Assembly (NCBI GenBank): GCA_964016885.1 | Contig: OZ024741.1 | Coordinates: 21,266,001 to 21,330,000 of the forward strand | Source of the DNA: Eledone cirrhosa | Lineage: Eukaryota | DNA length: 64,000 nt | Direction: 5' to 3' | Shown here: positions 12,001 to 25,700 of the stretch, in pieces | Layout: every line of letters starts with the position of its first letter | How positions within the stretch are numbered: the first letter of the stretch is position 1 | Notes under the pieces: generated by a model | The model's database searches: none | What the model was told of the DNA's origin: nothing | The model's input: only the letters and a program-made list of their open reading frames with translations | Program-made: the position numbers and the translations under genes

Positions 12001-13545
12001 AGAATGTGAGAAGATGAGATGGAAGGAACTTTGGTTGGTCATGGGAGCCAGTCAGAAGGTGAGAAGATGAGATGGAAGGAACTTTCGTTGGTCATGGGAG
12101 CCAGTCAGAATGTGAGAAGTTGAGATGGAAGGAACTTGTGTTGGTCATGGGAGCCAGTCAGAAGGTGAGAAGATGAGATGGAAGGAACTTTTGTTGGTCA
12201 TGGGAGCCAGTCAGAATGTGAGAAGTTGAGATGGAAGGAACTTTGGTTGGTCATGCGAGCTAATCAGAATGTGAGAAGTTGAGATGGAAGGAACTTTGGT
12301 TGGTCATGCGAGCTAATCAGAATGTGAGAAGTTGAGATGGAAGGAACTTTGGTTGGTCATGGGAGCCAGTCAGAATGTGAGAAGATGAGATGGAAGGAAC
12401 TTTTGTTGGTCATGGGAGCCAGTCAGAATGTGAGAAGATGAGATGGAAGGAACTTTGGTTGGTCATGGGAGCCAGTCAGAATGTGAGAAGTTGAGATGGA
12501 AGGAACTTTTGTTGGTCATGGGAGCTTGTCAGAAAGTGAGAAGATGAGATGTAAAGAACTTTGGTTGGTCATGGGAGCTAATCAGAATGTGAGAAGTTGA
12601 GATGGAAGGAACTTTGGTTGGTCATGCGAGCTAATCAGAATGTGAGAAGTTGAGATGGAAGGAACTTTGGTTGGTCATGGGAGCTAATCAGAACATGAGA
12701 AGTTGAGATGGAAGGAACTTTGGTTGGTCATGGGAGCTAGTCAGAATCTGAGAAGATGAGATGGAAGGAACTTTGGTTGCTCATGGGAGCTAATCAGAAT
12801 GTGAGAAGATGAGATGGAAGGAACTTTGGTTGGTCATGGGAGCTAGTCAGAATGTGAGAAGTTGAGATGGAAGGAACTTTGGTTGGTCATGGGAGCCAGT
12901 CAGAATGTGAGAAGTTCAGATGGAAGGAACTTTGGTTGGTCACGGGAGCTAATCAGAATGTGAGAAGATGAGATGGAAGGAATTTTGGTTGGTCATGGGA
13001 GCAAGTCAGAATGTGAGAAGTTGAGATGGAAGGAACTTTTGTTGGTCATGGGAGCCAGTCAGAATGTGAGAAGTTGAGATGGAAGGAACTTGTGTTGGTC
13101 ATGGGAGCCAGTCAGAATGTGAGAAGATGAGATGGAATGAACTTTGGTTGGACATGGGAGCTAATCAGAATGTGAGAAGATGAGATGGAAGGAACTTTGG
13201 TTGGTCATGGGAGCTAATCAGAACGTGAGAAGTTGAGATGGAAGGAACTTTGGTTGGTCATGGGAGCTAGTCAGAATCTGAGAAGATGAGATGGAAGGAA
13301 CTTTGGTTGCTCATGGGAGCTAATCAGAATGTGAGAAGATGAGATGGAAGGAACTTTGGTTGGTCATGGGAGCTAGTCAGAATGTGAGAAGTTGAGATGG
13401 AAGGAACTTTGGTTGGTCATGGGAGCCAGTCAGAATGTGAGAAGTTCAGATGGAAGGAACTTTGGTTGGTCACGGGAGCTAATCAGAATGTGAGAAGATG
13501 AGATGGAAGGAATTTTGGTTGGTCATGGGAGCCAGTCAGAATGTG
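1..13545 (+). repeat. Copy A of a >=13.5 kb near-identical long-range duplication (partner 50138-64000)
   Basis: Rare markers occur in the same order in both copies: GTATGGATG 391/50528, CCAGTCATAA 4681/55189, GAGATGTT 7507/58015, AATATG 7819/58274, GGACAT 13152/63607. Confidence 0.93.
7960..12130 (+). repeat. Two related blocks at 47-monomer spacing (2491 bp); a third relative lies at about 1100-2760 (180 monomers, 9540 bp, before the second)
   Basis: GAGCAAGTC marker at 1820, 8869 and 11360; GCGAGCTAG followed by GGATGG at 1391, 8440 and 10931; AACTTCGG at 1851 and 11391. Confidence 0.8.
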
Positions 13546-13720
13546 AGAAGTTGAGATGGAAGGAACTTTTGTTGGTCATGGGAGCCAGTCAGAATGTGAG
13601 AAGTTGAGATGGAAGGAACTTGTGTTGGTCATGGGAGCCAGTCAGAATCTGAGAAGATGAGATGGAATGAACTTTGGTTGGTCATGGGAGCTAATCAGAA
13701 TGTGAGAAGATGAGATGGAA
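12660..13720 (+). repeat. 10-monomer (530 bp) tandem duplication
   Basis: TTGCTCATG at 12780/13310 and AGTTCAGA at 12917/13447; CACGGG, GAATTTTGG and GGAATGAAC also repeat at +530. The same pair appears in copy B (63235/63765). Confidence 0.9.
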
Positions 13721-13849
13721 GGAACTTTGGTTGGTCATGGGAGCTAATCAGAATGTGAGAAGATGAGATGGAAGGAACTTTGGTTGGTCATGGGAGCTAA
13801 TCAGAATGTGAGAAGTTGAGATGGAAGGAACTTTGGTTGGTCATGGGAG

Positions 13850-14100
13850 CCAGTCAGAATGTGGGAAGATGAGATGGAAGGAACTTTGGTTGGTCATGGG
13901 AGCCAGTCAGAATGTGGGAAGATGAGATGGAAGGAACTTTGGTTGGTCATGGGAGCCAGTCAGAATGTGGGAAGATGAGATGGAAGGAACTTGGTTGGTC
14001 ATGGGAGCCAGTCAGAATGTGGGAAGATGAGATGGAAGGAACTTTGGTTGGTCATGGGAGCCAGTCAGAATGTGGGAAGATGAGATGGAAGGAACTTTGG
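13850..14100 (+). repeat. Run of five consecutive CCAGT/TGTGGGAAG variant monomers containing the only net 1-bp deletion in the window
   Basis: GTGGGAAG occurs in five adjacent monomers (about 13861, 13914, 13967, 14019, 14072). The sequence near 13988-13994 reads AACTTGG instead of AACTTTGG. Confidence 0.9.
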
Positions 14101-14837
14101 TTGGTCATGGGAGCTAATCAGAATGTGAGAAGATGAGATGGAAGGAACTTTGGTTGGTCATGGGAGCTAGTCAGAATGTGAGAAGATGAGATGGAAGGAA
14201 CTTTGGTTGGTCATGGGAGCTAATCAGAATGTGAGAAGTTGAGATGGAAGGAACTTTTGTTGGTCATGGGAGCTAATCAGAATGTGAGAAGATGAGATGG
14301 AAGGAACTTTGGTTGGTCATGGGAGCTAGTCAGAATGTGAGAAGATGAGATGGAAGGAACTTTGGTTGGTCATGGGAGCTAATCAGAATGTGAGAAGATG
14401 AGATGAAAGGAACTTAGGTTGGTCATGGGAGCTAATCAGAATGTGAGAAGATGAGATGGAAGGAACTTTGGTTGGTCATGGGAGCTAGTCAGAATGTGAG
14501 AAGATGAGATGGAAGGAACTTTGGTTGGTCATGGGAGCTAATCAGAATGTGAGAAGATGAGATGGAAGGAACTTTGGTTGGTCATGGGAGCTAATCAGAA
14601 TGTGAGAAGATGAGATGGAAGGAACTTTGGTTGGTCATGGGAGCCAGTCAGAATGTGAGAAGTTGAGATGGAAGGAACTTTTGTTGGTCATGGGAGCCAG
14701 TCAGAATGTGAGAAGTTGAGATGGAAGGAACTTTGGTTGGTCATGGGAGCCAGTCAGAATGTGAGAAGATGAGATGGAAGGAACTTTGGTTGGTCATGGG
14801 AGCCAGTCAGAATGTGAGAAGTTGAGATGGAAGGAAC

Positions 14838-15473
14838 TTTTGTAGGTCATGGGAGCTAATCAGAATGTGAGAAGATGAGATGGAAGGAACTTTGGTTGGT
14901 CATGGGAGCCAGTCAGAATGTGAGAAGTTGAGATGGAAGGAACTTTGGTTGGTCATGGCAGCCAGTCAGAATGTGAGAAGATGAGATGGAAGGAACTTTG
15001 GTTGGTCATGGGAGCCAGTCAGAATGTGAGAAGTTGAGATGGAAGGAACTTTTGTTGGTCATGGGAGCTAATCAGAATGTGAGAAGATGAGATGGAAGGA
15101 ACTTTGGTTGGTCATGGGAGCCAGTCAGAATGTGAGAAGTTGAGATGGAAGGAACTTTGGTTGGTCATGGGAGCCAGTCAGAATGTGAGAAGATGAGATG
15201 GAAGGAACTTTGGTTGGTCATGGGAGCCAGTCAGAATGTGAGAAGTTGAGATGGAAGGAACTTTTGTTGGTCATGGGAGCTAATCAGAATGTGAGAAGAT
15301 GAGATGGAAGGAACTTTGGTTGGTCATGGGAACCAGTCAGAATGTGAGAAGTTGAGATGGAAGGAACTTTGGTTGGTCATGGGAGCCAGTCAGAATGTGA
15401 GAAGATGAGATGGAAGGAACTTTGGTTGGTCATGGGAGCCAGTCAGAATGTGAGAAGTTGAGATGGAAGGAAC
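14838..15473 (+). repeat. 4-monomer (212 bp) higher-order repeat, three copies
   Basis: A TTTT-CTAAT-GAT monomer at 14838, 15050 and 15262 is each time followed by three CCAGT monomers in GTT/GAT/GTT order. Confidence 0.8.
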
Positions 15474-16704
15474 TTTTGTTGGTCATGGGAGCCAGTCAGA
15501 ATGTGAGAAGTTGAGATGGAAGGAACTTTGGTTGGTCATGGGAGCCAGTCAGAATGTGAGAAGATGAGATGGAAGGAACTTTGGTTGGTCATGGGAGCCA
15601 GTCAGAATCTGAGAAGATGAGATGGAAGGAACTTTTGTTGGTCATGGGAGCTAATCAGAATGTGAGAAGATGAGATGGAAGGAACTTTGGTTGGTCATGG
15701 GAGCTAATCAGAATGTGAGAAGATGAGATGGAAGGAACTTTGGTTGGTCATGGGAGCTAATCAGAATGTGAGAAGTTGAGATGGAAGGAACTTTGGTTGG
15801 TCATGGGAGCTAGTCAGAATGTGAGAAGATGAGATGGAAGGAACTTTGGTTGGTCATGGGAGCTAGTCAGAATGTGAGAAGATGAGATGGAAGGAACTTT
15901 GGTTGGTCATGGGAGCTAGTCAGAATGTGAGAAGATGAGATGGAAGGAACTTTGGTTGGTCATGGGAGCTAGTCAGAATGTGAGAAGATGAGATGGAAGG
16001 AACTTTGGTTGGTCATGGGAGCTAGTCAGAATGTGAGAAGATGAGATGTAAGGAACTTTGGTTGGTCATGGGAGCTAGTCAGAATGTGAGAAGATGAGAT
16101 GTAAGGAACTTTGGTTGGTCATGGGAGCTAGTCAGAATGTGAGAAGATGAGATGGAAGGAACTTTGGTTGGTCATGGGAGCTAGTCAGAATGTGAGAAGA
16201 TGAGATGTAAGGAACTTTGGTTGGTCATGGGAGCTAATCAGAATGTGAGAAGATGAGATGGAAGGAACTTTGGTTGGTCATGGGAGCTAATCAGAATGTG
16301 AGAAGATGAGATGGAAGGAACTTTGGTTGGTCATGGGAGCTAGTCAGAATGTGAGAAGATGAGATGGAAGGAACTTTGGTTGGTCATGGGAGCCAGTCAG
16401 AATGTGAGAAGATGAGATGGAAGGAACTTTGGTTGGTCATGGGAGCTAGTCAGAATGTGAGAAGATGAGATGGAAGGAACTTTGGTTGGTCATGGGAGCC
16501 AGTCAGAATGTGAGAAGATGAGATGGAAGGAACTTTGGTTGGTCATGGGAGCTAGTCAGAATGTGAGAAGATGAGATGTAAGGAACTTTGGTTGGTCATG
16601 GGAGCCAGTCAGAATGTGAGAAGATGAGATGGAAGGAACTTTGGTTGGTCATGGGAGCTAGTCAGAATGTGAGAAGATGAGATGGAAGGAACTTTGGATG
16701 GTCA

Positions 16705-19700
16705 TGGGAGCTAATCAGAATGTGGGAAGATGAGATGGACGGAACTTTGGTTGGTCATGGGAGCTAGTCAGAATGTGAGAAGATGAGATGGAAAGAACTT
16801 TGGTTGGTCATGGGAGCCAGTCAGAATGTGAGAAGTTGAGATGGAAGGAACTTTGGTTGGTCATGGGAGCTAGTCAGAATGTGAGAAGTTGAGATGGAAG
16901 GAACTTTGGTTGGTCATGCGAGCTAGTCAGAATGTGAGAAGATGAGATGTAAGGAACTTTGGTTGGTCATGGGAGCCAGTCAGAATGTGAGAAGATGAGA
17001 TGGAAGGAACTTTGGTTGGTCATGGGAGCTAGTCAGAATGTGAGAAGATGAGATGGAAGGAACTTTGGATGGTCATGGGAGCTAATCAGAATGTGGGAAG
17101 ATGAGATGGAAGGAACTTTGGTTGGTCATGGGAGCTAGTCAGAATGTGAGAAGATGAGATGGAAGGAACTTTGGTTGGTCATGGGAGCCAGTCAGAATGT
17201 GAGAAGTTGAGATGGAAGGAACTTTGGTTGGTCATGGGAGCTAGTCAGAATGTGAGAAGTTGAGATGGAAGGAACTTTGGTTGGTCATGCGAGCTAGTCA
17301 GAATGTGAGAAGATGAGATGGAAGGAACTTTGGATGGTCATGGGAGCTAATCAGAATGTGAGAAGTTGAGATGGAAGGAACTTTGGTTGGTCATGGGAGC
17401 TAATCAGCATGTGAGAAGTTGAGATGGAAGGAACTTTTGTTGGTCATGGGAGCTAATCAGAATGTGAGAAGATGAGATGGAAGGAACTTTGGTTGGTCAT
17501 GGGAGCTAATCAGAATGTGAGAAGATGAGATGGGAGGAACTTTGGTTGGTCATGGGAGCTAATCAGAATGTGAGAAGATGAGATGGAAGGAACTTTGGTT
17601 GGTCATGGGAGCTAATCAGAATGTGAGAAGTTGAGATGGAAGGAACTTTTGTTGGTCATGGGAGCCAGTCAGAATGTGAGAAGTTGAGATGGAAGGAACT
17701 TTTGTTGGTCATGGGAGCTAATCAGAATGTGAGAAGTTGAGATGGAAGGAACTTTGGTTGGTCATGGGAGCTAATCAGAATGTGAGAAGTTGAGATGGAA
17801 GGAACTTTTGTTGGTCATGGGAGCTAATCAGAATGTGAGAAGATGAGATGGAAGGAACTTTGGTTGGTCATGGGAGCTAATCAGAATGTGAGAAGATGAG
17901 ATGGAAGGAACTTTGGTTGGTCATGGGAGCTAGTCAGAATGTGAGAAGATGAGATGGAAGGAACTTTGGTTGGTCATGGGAGCTAATCAGAATGTGAGAA
18001 GATGAGATGGAAGGAACTTTGGTTGGTCATGGGAGCTAGTCAGAATGTGAGAAGTTGAGATGGAAGGAACTTTGGTTGGTCATGGGAGCTAATCAGAATG
18101 TGAGAAGATGAGATGGAAGGAACTTTGGTTGGTCATGGGAGCCAGTCAGAATGTGAGAAGATGAGATGGAAGGAACTTTGGTTGGTCATGGGAGCTAGTC
18201 AGAATGTGAGAAGTTGAGATGGAAGGAACTTTGGTTGGTCATGGGAGCTAATCAGAATGTGAGAAGTTGAGATGGAAGGAACTTTGGTTGGTCATGAGAG
18301 CTAATCAGAATGTGAGAAGTTGAGATGGAAGGAACTTTTGTTGGTCATGGGAGCTAATCAGAATGTGAGAAGTTGAGATGGAAGGAACTTTGGTTGGTCA
18401 TGGGAGCTAATCAGAATGTGAGAAGTTGAGATGGAAGGAACTTTGGTTGGTCATGGGAGCTAATCAGAATGTGAGAAGATGAGATGTAAGGAACTTTTGT
18501 TGGTCATGGGAGCCAGTCAGAATGTGAGAAGTTGAGATGGAAGGAACTTTTGTTGGTCATGGGAGCTAATCAGAATGTGAGAAGTTGAGATGGAAGGAAC
18601 TTTTGTTGGTCATGGGAGCCAGTCAGAATGTGAGAAGTTGAGATGGAAGGAACTTTTGTTGGTCATGGGAGCCAGTCAGAATGTGAGAAATTGAGATGGA
18701 AGGAACTTTTGTTGGTCATGGGAGCTAATCAGAATGTGAGAAGTTGAGATGGAAGGAACTTTGGTTGGTCATGGGAGCTAATCAGAATGTGAGAAGATGA
18801 GATGGAAGGAACTTTGGTTGGTCATGGGAGCCAGTCAGAATCTGAGAAGATGAGATGGAAGGAACTTTGGTTGGTCATGGGAGCTAATCAGAATGTGAAA
18901 AGATGAGATGGAAGGAACTTTGGTTGGTCATGGGAGCCAGTCAGAATCTGAGAAGTTGAGATGGAAGGAACTTTGGTTGGTCATGGGAGCTAATCAGAAT
19001 GTGAGAAGATGAGATGGAAGGAACTTTGGTTGGTCATGGGAGCTAATCAGAATGTGAGAAGATGAGATGGAAGGAACTTTGGTTGGTCATGGGAGCTAAT
19101 CAGAATGTGAGAAGATGAGATGGAAGGAACTTTGGTTGGTCATGGGAGCTAATCAGAATGTGAGAAGATGAGATGGAAGGAACTTTGGTTGCTCATGGGA
19201 GCCAGTCAGAATCTGAGAAGTTGAGATGGAAGAAACTTTGGTTGGTCATGGAAGCTAATCAGAATGTGAGAAGATGAGATGGAAGGAACTTTGGTTGGTC
19301 ATGGGAGCTAATCAGAATGTGAGAAGATGAGATGGAAGGAACTTTGGTTGGTCATGGGAGCTAATCAGAATGTGAGAAGATGAGATGGAAGGAACTTTGG
19401 TTGGTCATGGGAGCTAATCAGAATGTGAGAAGATGAGATGGAAGGAACTTTGGTTGGTCATGGGAGCTAGTCAGAATGTGGGAAGATGAGATGGAAGGAA
19501 CTTTGGTTGGTCATGGGAGCTAGTCAGAATGTGAGAAGATGAGATGGAAGGAACTTTGGTTGGTCATGGGAGCTCGTCAGAATGTGAGAAGATGAGATGG
19601 AAGGAACTTTGGTTGGTCATGGGAGCTAATCAGAATGTGAGAAGATGAGATGGAAGGAACTTTGGTTGGTCATGGGAGCTAATCAGAATGTGAGAAGATG

Positions 19701-22700
19701 AGATGTAAGGAACTTTGGTTGGTCATGGGAGCTAATTAGAATGTGGGAAGATGAGAGGGAAGGAACTTTGGTTGGTCAGGGGAACTAATCAGAATGTGAG
19801 AAGTTGAGATGGAAGGAACTTTTGTTGGTCATGGGAGCCAGTCAGAATGTGAGAAGATGAGATTGAAGGAACTTTGGTTGGTCATGGGAGCCAGTCAGAA
19901 TGTGGGAAGATGAGATGGAAGGAACTTTGGTTGGTCATGGGAGCCAGTATGGATGTGAGAAGTTGAGATGGAAGGAACTGTTGTTGGTCATGGGAGCTAA
20001 TCAGAATGTGAGAAGTTGAGATGGAAGGAACTTTGGTTGGTCATGGGAGCAAATCAGAATGTGAGAAGTTGAGATGGAAGGAACTTTTGTTGGTCATGGG
20101 AGCTAATCAGAATGTGAGAAGTTGAGATGGAAGGAACTTTGGTTGGTCATGGGAGCTAATCAGCATGTGAGAAGTTGAGATGGAAGGAACTTTTGTTGGT
20201 CATGGGAGCTAATCAGAATGTGAGAAGATGAGATGGAAGGAACTTTGGTTGGTCATGGGAGCTAATCAGAATGTGAGAAGATGAGATGGGAGGAACTTTG
20301 GTTGGTCATGGGAGCTAATCAGAATGTGAGAAGATGAGATGGAAGGAACTTTGGTTGGTCATGGGAGCTAATCAGAATGTGAGAAGTTGAGATGGAAGGA
20401 ACTTTTGTTGGTCATGGGAGCCAGTCAGAATGTGAGAAGTTGAGATGGAAGGAACTTTTGTTGGTCATGGGAGCTAATCAGAATGTGAGAAGTTGAGATG
20501 GAAGGAACTTTGGTTGGTCATGGGAGCTAATCAGAATGTGAGAAGTTGAGATGGAAGGAACTTTTGTTGGTCATGGGAGCTAATCAGAATGTGAGAAGAT
20601 GAGATGGAAGGAACTTTGGTTGGTCATGGGAGCTAATCAGAATGTGAGAAGATGAGATGGAAGGAACTTTGGTTGGTCATGGGAGCTAGTCAGAATGTGA
20701 GAAGATGAGATGGAAGGAACTTTGGTTGGTCATGGGAGCTAATCAGAATGTGAGAAGATGAGATGGAAGGAACTTTGGTTGGTCATGGGAGCTAGTCAGA
20801 ATGTGAGAAGTTGAGATGGAAGGAACTTTGGTTGGTCATGGGAGCTAATCAGAATGTGAGAAGATGAGATGGAAGGAACTTTGGTTGGTCATGGGAGCCA
20901 GTCAGAATGTGAGAAGATGAGATGGAAGGAACTTTGGTTGGTCATGGGAGCTAGTCAGAATGTGAGAAGTTGAGATGGAAGGAACTTTGGTTGGTCATGG
21001 GAGCTAATCAGAATGTGAGAAGTTGAGATGGAAGGAACTTTGGTTGGTCATGAGAGCTAATCAGAATGTGAGAAGTTGAGATGGAAGGAACTTTTGTTGG
21101 TCATGGGAGCTAATCAGAATGTGAGAAGTTGAGATGGAAGGAACTTTGGTTGGTCATGGGAGCTAATCAGAATGTGAGAAGTTGAGATGGAAGGAACTTT
21201 GGTTGGTCATGGGAGCTAATCAGAATGTGAGAAGATGAGATGTAAGGAACTTTTGTTGGTCATGGGAGCCAGTCAGAATGTGAGAAGTTGAGATGGAAGG
21301 AACTTTTGTTGGTCATGGGAGCTAATCAGAATGTGAGAAGTTGAGATGGAAGGAACTTTTGTTGGTCATGGGAGCCAGTCAGAATGTGAGAAGTTGAGAT
21401 GGAAGGAACTTTTGTTGGTCATGGGAGCTAATCAGAATGTGAGAAGTTGAGATGGAAGGAACTTTTGTTGGTCATGGGAGCCAGTCAGAATGTGAGAAAT
21501 TGAGATGGAAGGAACTTTTGTTGGTCATGGGAGCTAATCAGAATGTGAGAAGTTGAGATGGAAGGAACTTTGGTTGGTCATGGGAGCTAATCAGAATGTG
21601 AGGAGATGAGATGGAAGGAACTTTGGTTGGTCATGGGAGCCAGTCAGAATCTGAGAAGATGAGATGGAAGGAACTTTGGTTGGTCATGGGAGCTAATCAG
21701 AATGTGAAAAGATGAGATGGAAGGAACTTTGGTTGGTCATGGGAGCCAGTCAGAATCTGAGAAGTTGAGATGGAAGGAACTTTGGTTGGTCATGGGAGCT
21801 AATCAGAATGTGAGAAGATGAGATGGAAGGAACTTTGGTTGGTCATGGGAGCTAATCAGAATGTGAGAAGATGAGATGGGAGGAACTTTGGTTGGTCATG
21901 GGAGCTAATCAGAATGTGGGAAGATGAGATGGACGGAACTTTGGTTGGTCATGGGAGCTAGTCAGAATGTGAGAAGATGAGATGGAAAGAACTTTGGTTG
22001 GTCATGGGAGCCAGTCAGAATGTGAGAAGTTGAGATGGAAGGAACTTTGGTTGGTCATGGGAGCTAGTCAGAATGTGAGAAGTTGAGATGGAAGGAACTT
22101 TGGTTGGTCATGCGAGCTAGTCAGAATGTGAGAAGATGAGATGTAAGGAACTTTGGTTGGTCATGGGAGCCAGTCAGAATGTGAGAAGATGAGATGGAAG
22201 GAACTTTGGTTGGTCATGGGAGCTAGTCAGAATGTGAGAAGATGAGATGGAAGGAACTTTGGATGGTCATGGGAGCTAATCAGAATGTGGGAAGATGAGA
22301 TGGAAGGAACTTTGGTTGGTCATGGGAGCTAGTCAGAATGTGAGAAGATGAGATGGAAGGAACTTTGGTTGGTCATGGGAGCCAGTCAGAATGTGAGAAG
22401 TTGAGATGGAAGGAACTTTGGTTGGTCATGGGAGCTAGTCAGAATGTGAGAAGTTGAGATGGAAGGAACTTTGGTTGGTCATGCGAGCTAGTCAGAATGT
22501 GAGAAGATGAGATGGAAGGAACTTTGGATGGTCATGGGAGCTAATCAGAATGTGAGAAGTTGAGATGGAAGGAACTTTGGTTGGTCATGGGAGCTAATCA
22601 GCATGTGAGAAGTTGAGATGGAAGGAACTTTTGTTGGTCATGGGAGCTAATCAGAATGTGAGAAGATGAGATGGAAGGAACTTTGGTTGGTCATGGGAGC

Positions 22701-25700
22701 TAATCAGAATGTGAGAAGATGAGATGGGAGGAACTTTGGTTGGTCATGGGAGCTAATCAGAATGTGAGAAGATGAGATGGAAGGAACTTTGGTTGGTCAT
22801 GGGAGCTAATCAGAATGTGAGAAGTTGAGATGGAAGGAACTTTTGTTGGTCATGGGAGCCAGTCAGAATGTGAGAAGTTGAGATGGAAGGAACTTTTGTT
22901 GGTCATGGGAGCTAATCAGAATGTGAGAAGTTGAGATGGAAGGAACTTTGGTTGGTCATGGGAGCTAATCAGAATGTGAGAAGTTGAGATGGAAGGAACT
23001 TTTGTTGGTCATGGGAGCTAATCAGAATGTGAGAAGATGAGATGGAAGGAACTTTGGTTGGTCATGGGAGCTAATCAGAATGTGAGAAGATGAGATGGAA
23101 GGAACTTTGGTTGGTCATGGGAGCTAGTCAGAATGTGAGAAGATGAGATGGAAGGAACTTTGGTTGGTCATGGGAGCTAATCAGAATGTGAGAAGATGAG
23201 ATGGAAGGAACTTTGGTTGGTCATGGGAGCTAGTCAGAATGTGAGAAGTTGAGATGGAAGGAACTTTGGTTGGTCATGGGAGCTAATCAGAATGTGAGAA
23301 GATGAGATGGAAGGAACTTTGGTTGGTCATGGGAGCCAGTCAGAATGTGAGAAGATGAGATGGAAGGAACTTTGGTTGGTCATGGGAGCTAGTCAGAATG
23401 TGAGAAGTTGAGATGGAAGGAACTTTGGTTGGTCATGGGAGCTAATCAGAATGTGAGAAGTTGAGATGGAAGGAACTTTGGTTGGTCATGAGAGCTAATC
23501 AGAATGTGAGAAGTTGAGATGGAAGGAACTTTTGTTGGTCATGGGAGCTAATCAGAATGTGAGAAGTTGAGATGGAAGGAACTTTGGTTGGTCATGGGAG
23601 CTAATCAGAATGTGAGAAGTTGAGATGGAAGGAACTTTGGTTGGTCATGGGAGCTAATCAGAATGTGAGAAGATGAGATGTAAGGAACTTTTGTTGGTCA
23701 TGGGAGCCAGTCAGAATGTGAGAAGTTGAGATGGAAGGAACTTTTGTTGGTCATGGGAGCTAATCAGAATGTGAGAAGTTGAGATGGAAGGAACTTTTGT
23801 TGGTCATGGGAGCCAGTCAGAATGTGAGAAGTTGAGATGGAAGGAACTTTTGTTGGTCATGGGAGCTAATCAGAATGTGAGAAGTTGAGATGGAAGGAAC
23901 TTTTGTTGGTCATGGGAGCCAGTCAGAATGTGAGAAATTGAGATGGAAGGAACTTTTGTTGGTCATGGGAGCTAATCAGAATGTGAGAAGTTGAGATGGA
24001 AGGAACTTTGGTTGGTCATGGGAGCTAATCAGAATGTGAGAAGATGAGATGGAAGGAACTTTGGTTGGTCATGGGAGCCAGTCAGAATCTGAGAAGATGA
24101 GATGGAAGGAACTTTGGTTGGTCATGGGAGCTAATCAGAATGTGAAAAGATGAGATGGAAGGAACTTTGGTTGGTCATGGGAGCCAGTCAGAATCTGAGA
24201 AGTTGAGATGGAAGGAACTTTGGTTGGTCATGGGAGCTAATCAGAATGTGAGAAGATGAGATGGAAGGAACTTTGGTTGGTCATGGGAGCTAATCAGAAT
24301 GTGAGAAGATGAGATGGAAGGAACTTTGGTTGGTCATGGGAGCTAATCAGAATGTGAGAAGATGAGATGGAAGGAACTTTGGTTGGTCATGGGAGCTAAT
24401 CAGAATGTGAGAAGATGAGATGGAAGGAACTTTGGTTGCTCATGGGAGCCAGTCAGAATCTGAGAAGTTGAGATGGAAGAAACTTTGGTTGGTCATGGAA
24501 GCTAATCAGAATGTGAGAAGATGAGATGGAAGGAACTTTGGTTGGTCATGGGAGCTAATCAGAATGTGAGAAGATGAGATGGAAGGAACTTTGGTTGGTC
24601 ATGGGAGCTAATCAGAATGTGAGAAGATGAGATGGAAGGAACTTTGGTTGGTCATGGGAGCTAATCAGAATGTGAGAAGATGAGATGGAAGGAACTTTGG
24701 TTGGTCATGGGAGCTAGTCAGAATGTGGGAAGATGAGATGGAAGGAACTTTGGTTGGTCATGGGAGCTAGTCAGAATGTGAGAAGATGAGATGGAAGGAA
24801 CTTTGGTTGGTCATGGGAGCTCGTCAGAATGTGAGAAGATGAGATGGAAGGAACTTTGGTTGGTCATGGGAGCTAATCAGAATGTGAGAAGATGAGATGG
24901 AAGGAACTTTGGTTGGTCATGGGAGCTAATCAGAATGTGAGAAGATGAGATGTAAGGAACTTTGGTTGGTCATGGGAGCTAATTAGAATGTGGGAAGATG
25001 AGAGGGAAGGAACTTTGGTTGGTCAGGGGAACTAATCAGAATGTGAGAAGTTGAGATGGAAGGAACTTTTGTTGGTCATGGGAGCCAGTCAGAATGTGAG
25101 AAGATGAGATTGAAGGAACTTTGGTTGGTCATGGGAGCCAGTCAGAATGTGGGAAGATGAGATGGAAGGAACTTTGGTTGGTCATGGGAGCCAGTATGGA
25201 TGTGAGAAGTTGAGATGGAAGGAACTGTTGTTGGTCATGGGAGCTAATCAGAATGTGAGAAGTTGAGATGGAAGGAACTTTGGTTGGTCATGGGAGCAAA
25301 TCAGAATGTGAGAAGTTGAGATGGAAGGAACTTTTGTTGGTCATGGGAGCTAATCAGAATGTGAGAAGTTGAGATGGAAGGAACTTTGGTTGGTCATGGG
25401 AGCTAATCAGCATGTGAGAAGTTGAGATGGAAGGAACTTTTGTTGGTCATGGGAGCTAATCAGAATGTGAGAAGATGAGATGGAAGGAACTTTGGTTGGT
25501 CATGGGAGCTAATCAGAATGTGAGAAGATGAGATGGGAGGAACTTTGGTTGGTCATGGGAGCTAATCAGAATGTGAGAAGATGAGATGGAAGGAACTTTG
25601 GTTGGTCATGGGAGCTAATCAGAATGTGAGAAGTTGAGATGGAAGGAACTTTTGTTGGTCATGGGAGCCAGTCAGAATGTGAGAAGTTGAGATGGAAGGA

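Noticed and set aside
13912-14136. 74-aa ORF MWEDEMEGTLVGHGSQSECGKMRWKEL...
   Set aside because: It is a translation of satellite monomers. The period of 53 is not a multiple of 3, and the ORF exists only because a local variant removes a TGA and a 1-bp deletion shifts phase. There is no gene context.
22602-25411. Higher-order unit of 53 monomers of 53 bp (2809 bp)
   Set aside because: This is a numerical coincidence; sister spacings are 52, 46 and 89 monomers.
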